Positions 39,303 to 52,325 of a DNA stretch of 64,000 nucleotides are shown piece by piece; within the stretch, counting starts at the first letter, position 1; every line of letters starts with the position of its first letter. This DNA is from Octopus vulgaris. Its lineage: Eukaryota. A program made the position numbers and the translations under genes. Where the stretch lies: positions 81,406,001 to 81,470,000 of the forward strand of contig OX597818.1 in assembly GCA_951406725.2 (NCBI GenBank). The letters run 5' to 3'. The notes under the pieces are model-generated. The model was not told where the DNA came from. It worked only from the letters and a program-made list of their open reading frames with translations, and made no database searches.

Positions 39303-39781
39303 TTATTCTCTTTTACCTGTTTCAGTCTTTTGACTGCGGCCATGCTGGAGTACCGCCTTTAGTCGAGCAAATCGACCCCAGTACTTATTCTTTGTAAGCC
39401 TAGTACTTACCCCATCGGTCTTTTTTGCCGAACCGCTAAGTTACGGGGACGTACGCATTTCTTTTCTCTCCTTGTTTTTTTTCTGTGTATCTTTCTGTCG
39501 AAGAGCGTAGGCTCGAAACGTAAAAGACTTGTTCTATTTCTATTCCTGAACGCCATACTAATACATTTGTTTGTTTGTACTCCACTGCCTTCGTCTTTTG
39601 TTTATTTTCGTAAACCTTCCCGTTATATAACATATACACACACATATATACGACGGGCTTCTTTCAGTTTCCGTCTACCAAATCCACTCAAAAGGTTTTA
39701 GTCGGTCCGAGGCTATAGTAGAAGACACTTGCCCAAGTTGCCACGCAATGGGACTGAACCCAGAACAATGTGGTTGGTAAG
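39303..39781 (-). mobile_element. SINE family A interrupted by an HHR element
   Basis: 3' part at 39303-39452 and 5' part at 39648-39781. Confidence 0.85.
39455..39625 (+). mobile_element. ~190-bp HHR element
   Basis: CUUU-CUGUCGA-A-GAGC[GUAG]GCUC-GAAA-C-GUA-AAAG at 39491-39526. Confidence 0.8.
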
Positions 39782-39899
39782 CGCATGTGTAGTTTCTTAC
39801 AAAGGCAGAGTTGGAAATTTCGTACTCCTCACTCATCTGGAGCTCGGAGCTGGCAACTACGTTTCTCAGAGCATCTGCTCATATTCTACCAACTTGCAG

Positions 39900-40300
39900 T
39901 TTCCATCTCTAGGAAAACCTACATATCCCATGTTTATCATGATTTGCAAGCTTATGAAACCTTTTCCGCTATCACATGTTATACGTAGTCTGATCAATAA
40001 ATATTGTAGCGACGATAACACGCTACACATCTTCCTTGCAAGCACTGCTGTAAACAGCGGAACTAAACTAGAACGTTAAAACTTAATGCATATACACAAG
40101 GAAGTTCAAGGTCAACTTTTGTTAAGCGATTTCACTCTGTGTGCTGTAGCTTCGTTACTATGGCAATAGTCCGGATACTTATTGATCATATTTCTTATGG
40201 CTCTTCTTTTTTCACCACTATCTGCCTGAAGTGTGTCCCACTGTTGAAGCAAAACAAGATTCAATGTCCGTATCACTGTTTATGACCACGAAACCCAAGT
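39900..40300 (-). mobile_element. Very decayed R4/Dong-like LINE fragment
   Basis: 'RLRITCDSGKGFISLQ' resembles the RLY..R..GGRGL motif; the rest is barely alignable. Confidence 0.3.
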
Positions 40301-40668
40301 CTCCTAATACATTGCAAGACATACCTATTTTGTATGTCACATCACCTTTACATGACTACTCAACTTACCCTTAGTTTTTAAGTCCAACCACATATTTACA
40401 TACCCTCTGACTATGTCTACAGAACACACATTCTTCTATATATTAGCCAATATATCATCAAACCATTAAAGTCACCGAGGGGTGTAAATTTTTAGTAACT
40501 TACTTATTTTTACAGTTAGGTGTACGAAATTTTAATCCAATGTAGAGAAGATAATGGAGATGTATTTGCATTACTCGTTTTTCATCATAATACATGTGAA
40601 AAATGATATCTTTTAAATGGCGTCCATTTTCAGCTACTTTTCAAAAACACTTTCCATACTACTACTAC

Positions 40669-40751
<83 letters not shown>

Positions 40752-40759
40752 AATAATAG

Positions 40760-40975
40760 CCCTTTCTACTATAGGTGCAAGGTCTGAAAATTTCTAGGAG
40801 AAGGGCCCAATCTATTACATCGACCCCAGTGTGGTCAACTGGTACCTATTTCATTGCCCCCAAAATTATGAAAACCAAAGTCTACATCGGTGTGTTTTGA
40901 ACTCAGAGCGTAGAAACGAAATGCTGGAAAGCACTTTGTCTGCCCTGCTTACGATTCTACCAGCTCGTTGCCTTA
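40760..40975 (-). mobile_element. SINE family B, decayed
   Basis: ATCGACCCCAGTG..CAACTGGTAC, TTTGAACTCAGA, ACGATTCT.CCAGCTCG..GCCTT. Confidence 0.7.
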
Positions 40976-41936
40976 AAAATTCAAGACGCCACCCAGGCTA
41001 GAATGTGGGCTCCGAAGCACACAATGAAAATAAATCTACTGAATAATAACAGTAATGATTTCTTTTATTGGTCCCAGTTGGTGTCAATGGTTTGATTGAT
41101 ATTGTGCAGCAACTGGAATTTAACAAATACGGATGAAAGAAACATGATAAATAATTAAAAGCCAGTGATAACAATAAACTTCGACAACGTATCAAAACAA
41201 AGCAAAGAAAAAAAATCCTCGGATGAATCGGATATTCCGTCACAAATACCCGGATCACTCTAACAGGCCAAAGTTATGTATTCTCACCGCCACCTTGCTG
41301 TTGAATATTTAGAGTAAATCAATCGCAAGAGTGAAGGCGTGTGTCCAGTGGTTTGGGTATTCCATTCCCGATAGCAAGATCGCGGTTTCGATCCTTAATC
41401 GTGTAGTGCGTTGCTTGTACTTGAGTAAAACACTACATTGAGCAACACACTGCGATAAACACACTTGCTCAGTGTTTGCCTGTGCGTCATTAACATCCCG
41501 TGTAGTGGAACCTTTCCTTCTATATGAAGCAAAACAACATACACACCGATCAGGTGCGCTCTTTTGGGGGATAAGTCTCGACGTTCATTAGAATAGCACT
41601 ATGGAAGCAATATGTGTATAGAAGGGACTCTGTTTTACCTTTCACACTACTTCAGTGTGTCCGAGAAAGATTGGACACACTGCTCGCAACCTCTTCCCAG
41701 TTAAACAGTTTGAGGATCGGGTTTATCTCAAACGTTTGGGCTGACAGAACCCCAGCTCATTTTGACCGAAGCTTCTATTCAGCAACGGAAGTCTGTGATC
41801 TGCATGGACATTCATATCTGCGTATTGAGTTATAAGACCTCCGATTTGCTTTGATAAATGCGTGTTTTTGTTATTTCTTGACATATCTTTCGATATAGGG
41901 ACAAATATTTTCATATCGAATAAGTCTGATATTATA

Positions 41937-42150
41937 AGGCGGCGAGGTGGCAGTAACGTTAGCACGCCGGGAGAAATACTTAGCGGTATTTCACCTGTCT
42001 TTACATTCTTAGTTGAAATCCCGCGAGTCGACTTTGCCTTTCATCCTTTCAGGATCGATAAATTAAGTACCGGTTGCGTACTGGGGTCTATCTAATCGAC
42101 TGGCCCTCTTCCCCAAAATTTCTGGCCTTGTGCCTAGAGTAGAAATGAAT
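41937..42150 (+). mobile_element. SINE family B
   Basis: Head GGCGGCGAGGTGGCAG.AACGTTAGCACGCCGGG through tail GCCTTGTGCCTAGAGTAGAAA.GAATAT. Confidence 0.85.
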
Positions 42151-42929
42151 ATGTCCGATATTATAACAGCCATTTTATTTTGGCATCCAACATGTTCAGT
42201 ATTATGACGCTGACATCGTCCACGTCTGCAGTTACGGTCATTTTATGTCCCCCTTCCTGAAGATGACACAAGTTGGACAGTGTCTCTGTACGTGCAAGAC
42301 ATCACAAAGTGTACCCAATGGGAGTAGGGATTGTTGATACGAAGAAGAAGCATATAAAAACTCAGAGACAAAACAAAATAGTGAGGAAAAACAAGTCAAA
42401 AACAAAAGTAGAAAGTAGTAGTCAAGAAGAAATAGATGATAATGATGATGATGATGATGAAGAGAGTAAAATGAGAAGAAGAGGAAAAGAAGACGACGAT
42501 GAAAGGAATCATAAATACAAAAAAGAGGAAACTGATAATAAGTTAAATGATGAAACGAAAGAAATTTAAAAAAATAGAAAATGCAGTCCCAGTATAAAAA
42601 TAATTAACTACATAATTCATACACGCATACATACATTCAAACATACATGTGTGTATATATATATTATGTGTGTGTATATATATATATATATTCTTACCCA
42701 TAGATTTACCTATACATGTATATATATAACATATGAATAAAATACTTATTTTATCGATTCAAAAGAGCGAAAGGCAAAATTTATGTATGGGTTTCAAATT
42801 TGGACACAAGCTACTGGGCATTTCTCTTTTGAATGAAATAGGGTCTCGTTCCTGCAGGAATCCGTTGATATTTCTAGCAAAACGAGAACGTACATATAGG
42901 ATACCTTTTTAGCTCAACATTTAACAAAT

Positions 42930-43660
42930 GGTGAATAGCTTAGTGGGTATCAATAAGGCCGTGAGTTCGATTCGGGGTCGTTCGTTGTGTCTTTCAGCAA
43001 TACATATTATTTTACGTTGCTCCAGTACATTTAGCTAACAAAAGATGAGTTGTACCTGCAATTTAAAGGGCCAGTCTTGTCACATTCTGAGTTGGAACTT
43101 AATCTCCCTGTGAACTACGTTAACTGAATAGGTGCCAGTGGAGCGCTAAGTCACTTGCACGTTAATTTTGCGGTCGATAAATTAAGTACCAGTTGCGTAC
43201 TGGGGTAGATCTAATCGACTGCTTCCCTCCCCAAAATTTCGGGCTTTGTGCCTAGAGTAGAAAATAATATCTTCCAATATGGGCTTCAAATTTTGGCACA
43301 AGGCCAGTAACTAAGTCGATTACAGTGGACCCCAGTATTCAGCTGGTACTTATTTTATCGATTCCAAAGAGCGAAAGGCAAAATTATAGATGGGTTTCAA
43401 ATTTTGGCACAAGCCAGTAATTTCGAGGAAGGTGCTAAGTCGAATACCTCAGTACTTGACTGGTAATTACTCTATCGACCCCGAATTGATGAAATGCAAA
43501 AATCGACCTCGAATATTGGTAACTTTAAATACGAATTTAAAATTTTGGTACAATGCCAGTAGTGTCGTGGGTGGGGCTAAGTCGATTATATCGACCCAAG
43601 TACTCGACTGGTACTTATTTTATCAACCGCGAGAAGATGAAAGGCAAAGTTGACCTCGTG
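42930..43660. mobile_element. Cluster of nested or abutting SINE fragments (families B and C)
   Basis: tRNA head at 42935, family B tail at 43172-43270 (+), and three minus-strand family B tails at 43280-43660. Confidence 0.7.
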
Positions 43661-44469
43661 GCGAATAGCAACGTCTTTACGTATGACCAACATTGAACAT
43701 GCACGACTATAACCACAGCAACAAAGCAGAATGAAACCAAAAGTAGAATTATAAATATTAAAGCAACAACAACGACAAAAATAAACCGAGAAACAGTTCG
43801 TTTTACATTTCAAGATACAAACAGAAAATAAGGAAAAAAACCCAAAAAAAACAAGCAAGAAAGCAGCACAACGAAAATGCAAAATAGAAGAATAAACTGC
43901 ATAAAAAATAATTAACTACATAATTCATACACGTATACATACATTCAAACATACATGTGTGTATGTATATATTATGTGTGTGTATATATGTATATATATA
44001 TATGTATATATTTATATATATATATATATATTCTTACCCATAGATTTATCTATACATGTATTTATATATATAACATATGAATAAAATATAAATGATATTA
44101 GCGCAAAAGATGAGATTTGTTGAGAAGGTATTTTAATAAAATATAAGGAAGACAGAGAAAACAAAATTAGAAGCAAATAAAGAGGATAATAAAGGAATAA
44201 TTAAAGAAAGAAACAAGAACGAAATGCGAACGAAAACCCAAAACAAAAATCAAAAGAACTGAAAAAGAAAGAAGATTCAAATAAGGGAGACAACAGAAAA
44301 GATAAACATAAAGAGATAATGGAAGATAATTTGAGATTTAAAAAAATGATAGACTGTGATAAGAAATATGGAAACATATAAAGAACGGAATGTACAAGCA
44401 TGCGCATGTACACACATATATGTATTTATGCATATATGATTCTATGCATATACATGCATATGTGTTTCC

Positions 44470-44530
<61 letters not shown>

Positions 44531-44621
44531 CATATAAATATATATACATATATAAATATAAGTATGTGAGTAAATATGTATATATATATATATACATACA
44601 TGGATATATATATATAGAGAG

Positions 44622-44658
<37 letters not shown>

Positions 44659-44692
44659 TGTATATATATGAATATTTATATGTATGTTTGTA

Positions 44693-44738
<46 letters not shown>

Positions 44739-45108
44739 CCTATGTGTAAGCGGGTAAGTGTGTGGCATAGGTGAGGACGTGTGTTTCTCTCTGCTTGTGA
44801 ATATATAAGTGGAGGGAGTAAATAAAGATGTGTGTGTGTGTGTATGTGTGAGTGAGTACCACCGTGTGTTTGCTTTTGAAAATGCGAGTTTATGTATGCG
44901 CGTCTATAACTGCATGTATGTGTGTTGCTTGTATGGAACTTGTATACATTTGTGTATGTATGTATGTATGTATGTATGTATGTATGTATATGTGTGCCGT
45001 GTGTTTGTAGCGTGTGTTCGTGCCGGGCAGTGTATGCATTTTCTTTTTACTTTTCCTTCAGACAATGGTGTCTCTAATAATAATAATAACAATAATAATA
45101 ATAATAAC

Positions 45109-45160
<52 letters not shown>

Positions 45161-45180
45161 GTAATAATAATAATAATAAC

Positions 45181-45224
<44 letters not shown>

Positions 45225-45564
45225 TAATAATAATAATTATAATAATAATAACAATAATAATAATAATAATAATAGTTTTTTTGTTGTTGTTGTGGTTGCT
45301 ATAATTATTGCAGTAGTTCTCATTGTTGTTGACAAAACAGGCAAATTATATGTAGTGCATGCTGATGATGATGATGATGATGTCGATGATGTTGTTAATG
45401 CTGTTATTGTTGTTGTTGTTGTTGTTGTTGTTGCTGCTAGAATCCTCACTCGACATTGTTATTGAAGCTAGCACGAATCCCCAACGTTATATTAATACAT
45501 TAAAGTTATATTACTAATGAACCAACTCTGTCGCCGAGTGTGTGTGTATGTGTGTGTGTATGAT

Positions 45565-45598
<34 letters not shown>

Positions 45599-46087
45599 TG
45601 TCGTTGTAGTGTTGTTGATGGTAGCAGTTATAGTTGTACAGATGTTGTTGTTGTTGTTGTTGATGGTGACTGAATGCAAGTCATAAATGTCTAAAATACA
45701 TTCAATATGTATGAATGCTTCGTCTGTTTGTCGTTGTGTATATATACACAAAGTAAATACGCAATATACATGCATGATCACACACATACACACACGTTCA
45801 CACATGTGCTATACACACATACATACCTACATACATGCATACACACATAATACATACATAGATAATAACATACATAAATACATAGGTACACACACACACA
45901 TATATATGTATGCATCATTACGTATGTATATATACATATTAGCGGTATAAAAAAGTCATTTAATTATGTACATGAATATGTATAACTATATATGCAATGT
46001 CATGTATTTAACATACATAAACACATGCCTACATTTACACGTGTATAGACACACTCAGATGTATATATATATATATATATACACTCA

Positions 46088-46130
<43 letters not shown>

Positions 46131-46314
46131 TCATTTATATTTATGCACACATACATATATATATAAATACATATAAGTATATATATATATCTATATATAT
46201 ATATATATATAAATATATATATATACTTATATGTATTTATATATATATATATATACACATTATATATGTACGTACATACACACACATATACACACATGTA
46301 TGTTTGTATGCATG

Positions 46315-46346
<32 letters not shown>

Positions 46347-46859
46347 TGTATGTATGTATGTATGTGTGCGTGCGTGCGTATGTGTGTGTGCGTGTGCGTG
46401 TGGGTGCGTGTATGTGTGTGTGTGAGTATGTAAGCATGCGTATGCGTTCATATCGAGACTGATGTATGTAGATGTGTGCTAGGAAGAAGATGAGTTTTTT
46501 TATTATTTTTTCTATTTTTTTATAATAAATCCTAGTCTTTCGAAAACGTGTTTTTCCTCAGATCTAACTTATTTACTTTAAGATAACATTCTTCTTGTTC
46601 TTGTTGCGGTTGCTGTAGCTTTTCGTTGATTGTCTTGCTGGCAATATGTGTTACTTTCGCTTTTGATGATGATGATGACGACGATGATGGTGATGGCATG
46701 TATATGTTTTACCATATTATTATTGTTGTTGCTGTTGCTATGGTGTATCTATGGTGTAGCTGTTATATCAAATGATTTAGGCGTACTATTTCACAGTCTG
46801 ATCATATACCCTGAGACTTATGAAGAAAATCGATCTTTTTCTCTGTCTCTCTATCTGTC

Positions 46860-46892
<33 letters not shown>

Positions 46893-46914
46893 GTATATGT
46901 CTGTCTGTATCTGT

Positions 46915-47491
46915 TTCTTATTTCTTTATTTCTTTATTGCCCACAAGGGGCTAAACGTAGAGGGGACAAACAAGGACAGATAAAGGGATTAAGACGATTA
47001 GATCGACCTCAGTACGCAACAAGTACTTAATTTATCGACCCTGAAAGGATGAAAGGCAAAGTCAGACGAAATACCTATTTCTTTACTACCACAAGGGGCT
47101 AAACGCAGAGAGAACAAACAAGAACAGACACACGGATTAAGTCGATTATATCGACCCCAGTGTGTAACTGGTACTCATTTAATCGACCCCGGAAGGATGA
47201 AAGGCAAAGTCGACCTCGGCGGAATTTGAACACAGAACGTAGCGGCAGACGAAATACCTATTTCTTTACTATCGACAAGGGGCTAAACACAGAGGGGACA
47301 AACAAGGACAGACAAACGGATTAAGTCGATTATATCGACCCCAGTGCGTAACTGGTACTTATTTAATCGACCCCGAAAGCATGAAAGGCAAAGTCGACCT
47401 CGGCGGAATTTGATCTCAGAACGTAGCGGCAGACGAAATACCACTAAGCATTTCGGCCGGCGTGCTAACGTTTCTGTTAGCTTACCGCCTT
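46915..47491 (-). mobile_element. SINE family B with triplicated body (head plus 3 units)
   Basis: One head (47440-47491) and three body/tail units joined at ...CAGACGAAATACC|TATTTCTTTACT (+ strand). Confidence 0.9.
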
Positions 47492-47514
47492 ACACACGCA
47501 TACATATATAATGT

Positions 47515-47835
47515 GAAGGCGCATGGCTCGGTGATTAGAGCGTCGGGCTCACAATAATAGGGAGTGAGTTCGATTCCCGGACAGGGCTGTGAGTTGTGTT
47601 CTTGAGCAACACATTTATTTCCGTTGCTCCAGTTAACTCAGCTGTAGAAATGAGTTGCGACGTCACTGGTGCCAAGCTGTATCAGTCGCTGCATCTCCCT
47701 TGGAAAACATCGGTGGCGTGAAGAGGGGGTGACTGGTATGCATGGGCGACTGGTGGTCTTCCAAAGACTTGTGCCTCGGAGGGTGGCTTTCTACCACAAT
47801 CCCATGGTCATTTATGATCGAAAGAATCTTTACTC
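47515..47835 (+). mobile_element. tRNA-derived SINE family C
   Basis: TGGCTCGGTGATTAGAGCG...GAGTTCGATTCCCGG; body TTCTTGAGCAA.ACA..TTATTTC.CGTTGCTCCAGT shared with the copy at 42935. Confidence 0.8.
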
Positions 47836-47852
47836 TTTATGTGTGTGTGTGT

Positions 47853-47905
<53 letters not shown>

Positions 47906-48226
47906 TGTGTAATGTGTGTATGTGTATCCGTTATATACAACAGAAGCTGTTTTAGATTAAATTAGCTTTCTATGTAGCTTACGTAATGTGAACACTTCAC
48001 GAAAAGGCAAATTCACTGCAGTATTCGTCTGTCTGGAGACAATATTTGTTATGGAGGTGATGTGTTTCCAAAATACAATATATATCGTTAGCAGAAGAGA
48101 ATCGTTCACCAACAGAATGCTAGATCTGTATTTCTGTCTCGTTGGTTATTGTCAGAACCTTGTACACTCAACCAACAGCATGCTGAGACGTAATATGCCC
48201 CCTCGCGATGTTTTTACATTATGTAT

Positions 48227-48614
48227 TCGTGGAGACGCAATGACCCAGTGGTTAGGGCAGCGGACTCGCGGTCATAGGATCGCGGTTTCGATTCCCAGAC
48301 CGGGCGTTGAAAGTGTTTATTGAGCGAAAACACCTAAAGCTCCACGAGGCCCCGGCAGGGGATTGTGGTGATCCCTGCTGTACTCTTTCACCACAACTTT
48401 CTCTCACTCTTACTTCCTGTTTCTGTTGTACCTGTATTTCAAAGGGCCGGCCTTGTCACTCTCTGTGTCACGCTGAATATCCCCGAGAACTACGTTAAGG
48501 GTACACGTGTCTCTGGAGTGCTCAGCCACTTACACGTTAATTTCACGAGCAGGCTGTTCCGTTGATTCGGATCAACCGGAACCCTCGTCGTCGTAACCGA
48601 CGGAGTGCTTCCAC
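48227..48614 (+). mobile_element. tRNA-derived SINE family D, full length, 11-bp TSD
   Basis: TSD ACATTATGTAT at 48216-48226 and 48615-48625; A and B boxes present. Confidence 0.93.
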
Positions 48615-48877
48615 ACATTATGTATGATAACAAATCATTGTAAGCACACACACACAGACAGACACACACACAGGCATACACACACACACACAATTCATCA
48701 TGAGGTTTCTTAAGAATCATGGAATATTCACATATAGGACTTGGCTATTTGGATGTTTAAAATATTACATGGCGATGATGAAATGTACGTTATGATATAA
48801 TCTTTTACGGCTATATTGAATAAAATTCTACCGAAACAGCTGTCGTAAATTTTAATTACACACACATACACACACGT

Positions 48878-49600
48878 CAAGAGGTGCATTCCAGAAGTTT
48901 CGAGACTTTTGCAGAAGATACATTTACATATATTATTTTCAAACAAAGTACAAAACTCTAATGTTCTTCAAAGTAAGATTATCTGTGTCCAGTGTACTTG
49001 TTGCAGCGCTCTATCCACTTCGGGAATGTCCCATGCAAATCCTCCAAATTGAAAGTGTTTGGGACTCTTGTCTCCTATATCTTCTCAATGTCTTCAACTA
49101 CTTCTGAGATTATCCTTAAAATCAGAAACAACCAAAAGTCACAAGTAATAAAATCTGGAGCATTTCAGCTTATTAGGGCGAGGGACAATATTGATGCCTC
49201 TCCCTGTCAAGTTGTTAGTTACGAGGATGGCATTGAGGACTGGTGTATTGTCCTAATGCAGGTGCCAACGACTCGAGTGGAAGAGCTCTGGCCTTTTGCA
49301 ACGAAATATTCATGAACTCAAAAGCTTCTTAAAATAATCTTTGTTGACCAGACAGACCCAGTGGTTGTAGATGATCGCCTCGCTTTCGGAAAATGGAATC
49401 ATCAAGAGCTTCTCGGTGGACTTGCTTTGACTGGCCTCTTGTGCCTGCGATGCCAGATGCTCGCTTCATGCAAGTTAATCGATAAGCAGTCTGGAACATT
49501 TCATACGTTCTATAACATTTCTGCTCCATTTAACACAAAAGCGTATTGCATAGCGATCTTTCACATTGTCTTCATGTCCCGACTATATTCCGCAAATTAG
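48878..49600 (-). mobile_element. Decayed mariner remnant
   Basis: Minus-strand WHLH*DNTPV...IVPRP..APDFITCDFWLF; TIR-like end near 48878. Confidence 0.65.
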
Positions 49601-50094
49601 TCTGCTGTGATCGGCACTGAATTTGCATACAAACATGATTGCATACATAATTCATATATGTATGCATATATATAAAGATATGTTCCTCTTAGGAACCGTC
49701 ATATACAAATGCACAAACGATATGAAGGATTCTCTTATGATTCACATGATCAGATGGAAATTGAAGGCAGATTTTTCCCTCACTTCAAATACTAACGTAA
49801 AAAATCTTACGTAAACAATAACAATTAAATAAGAATTATTGTAATCTTTTGTCGTTCTAGATTTATCTATATATCAGACGAAAATGTCTTGCATGAAACA
49901 CCGTTGACATTTAACTGCTCTGCTAGGGCAGATTTGTGGTGAAAGTGAATCGTGATACATACATATATACATACCTACATACATACATGCATACATACGC
50001 ACACGTACATACATACATTCATACATACAGATGAATATTACTAAAATGAAGTTGATGCGTGAAAAGAACATTGGTAAAAGTTAAAAGTGAAAGT

Positions 50095-50430
50095 AGCCAC
50101 CATGTTAAAACACAATCGGCCAGATGTTGCAGTGAGGGATCACAAGAAATAAATATGATCTGTTGAGGAAATTAGCTGGCCTCATGACACCAGTGTCATC
50201 AGAAATATACAGGCCATTGATAAGGAGTTTGCAAACCCCCCGGTATACAGGATACACTTTAAGTTTCATATTTAATGGAGCAACAGGATACACAGCAATC
50301 CTCCTGGAGAAAAATATGGCTGATTCTAGTACAGAGAAAATGCAACTATACTCAATTCATACATTTCAAATGATCGGAATATCTGGGACAACGATAATCT
50401 AAAATACCTTCTCAAGATTTAAAAGCAGAT
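50095..50430 (+). mobile_element. R4-clade LINE restriction-like endonuclease fragment
   Basis: KHNRPDVAVRD...EISWPHD...RPLIRSLQ...GATGY matches the HNRPD..D/E..P.D..GATG RLE pattern. Confidence 0.7.
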
Positions 50431-51584
50431 GAACAACACTAGATACTTTTGTTCATAATATCGCTCTAAATTACTTTAAATTACTCTAAATTAAACAACG
50501 AAATAGAATACATAAGTATATAACTACATATATTCTCACACAAATAGCGTGTTTCTTATACATAATTCAAAATTGTTATCGAATTTCAGGCTGTTATCAG
50601 GCTAAAGTTAAGTTATTAGTAACAGAGAGGGTAGAGATAGACCAGGCAGGTTGTCCTCAAATAAACTTTAATGCGCACAATGTAATTTAAGGGTTTATAG
50701 TATGGCATCAACATGATAGAATATTTATACGCTCATTAATGTAATGACAACATTTTTCACTTGTTCATTACATCAACACCCACACACATGTACAAACACA
50801 CACGCACGCATTCACACATGTTCTCTCTCTCTTTCTCTCTCTCTCTCTCACACACACATGCACATACGCATGCACGCACACACGCACAACACATACACAC
50901 ACGCACAACACACATACACACACACACACACACACAAATGTTCGTATTTAGGCGTGCCAACAAACTGAGGTTGAAAAATAACTATGGATTGAATTACTCA
51001 TTTCTTCTGAAAATCTGGAGTTTCAATGTAAATATGCAAGAGTGTACATAACGATTGCCACACAAATTTGTTAGTGGAACACGTGGCAATCTTATGTAAC
51101 TTTATGATGTTATACTAAAAAGATAAATCAAATCTCCAATTTTTATTCTACTGTCAGATATACAAAATACAAACATATGAAATTATGCCGCATGTTAGAA
51201 CAGTCTGAATATGTTATATTCAACACATTTGTCCAAATTTAAACATGTTTTTTTCATTTTATTAAATATCCTCGAATTTGTGGGAGATTAGATAGTCCAA
51301 ACAATCTCCGTATATTTCTTCCGTTTCGTATATCTATTCTATTGCTTTGTTTTTTTAAGCTAGCTGACTACGAAATTCACGATGTCAAATTGTAGGTATG
51401 CATTTCTATTTGTACAAACTGCACAACCACAATTATGGGATAAACCCCAGATACAAAAACGTGTCCATAAAGCTGAGTGCTTAAGAATCTTATTGTGTAC
51501 GCGAGTATTTTAATGCGCATGCACAGGTATATCTATATATTACGTCTGTGTGCATCTAATCCATCCATCTCTCTTTCTGTGTAA

Positions 51585-51628
<44 letters not shown>

Positions 51629-51630
<2 letters not shown>

Positions 51631-52043
51631 CAAAGTGGAGTTGTGGGGTACCGCACGAGTGGAATTATATACGAAAGAAGGTTTGAAAATGCAATTTAAA
51701 AGATGTTTATTTACTTTACCGGTTTCACTCTTTGGAAAAAGATTGTCAAAAGTAACATGTGGAAGTTTGGTTGCGTTAATTATTGGTTGTTGCAAATTGC
51801 TACATTACATATATATATACAATCTTTGGTAACAGGGACATGTTAAGGACATAAAAAGTTCAACAAGTTCCTTAAAATATTGGGCACAAAAGATTACATA
51901 AATAATCGTTCTCAAGGACATACTTAAGATAGTTTCCAGAAGGAATTGATGTATATTCAAACATCAAGAGTTTCCAAAGAGTGAAACCGGTAAAGTAAAT
52001 AAACATCTTTTAAATTGCATTTTCAAACCTTCTTTCGTATATA
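51629..52043 (-). mobile_element. Foldback HHR element in (TA)n
   Basis: ~73-bp perfect inverted arms at 51666-51738 and 51971-52043; HHR at 51711-51755: UUACUU-UUGACAA-UCUUU[UUCC]AAAGA.GU-GAAA-CCGG-UA-AAGUAA. Confidence 0.75.
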
Positions 52044-52071
52044 TATATATGTGTGTGTATGTGTGTGTGTG

Positions 52072-52122
<51 letters not shown>

Positions 52123-52124
<2 letters not shown>

Positions 52125-52325
52125 GCGTGGCTGTGTGGTAAAAAGTTTCCTTCCTGACCACACGGTTCTGGATTAAGTCCCATTCCGTGGTAACTTGGGA
52201 ATATGTCTTCTAATATATCCTCTGGCCGATTAAAGCTTTGTGAGTAGATTTGGGAGAAGGAAACTAGAAGAATGCCGTCGTAATATATATATGTTTGTGT
52301 GAATGCGTATGTGTGTGTTTGTGTC
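52123..52325 (+). mobile_element. SINE family A, 5' half
   Basis: GGCGTGGCTGTGTGGTAA...GGAAACT..AAGAA.GCCGTCG followed by microsatellite. Confidence 0.75.

Noticed and set aside
46915-47491. CRISPR-like repeat array
   Set aside because: The units are ~150-185-bp SINE bodies with no unique spacers, the context is eukaryotic, and there are no cas genes.
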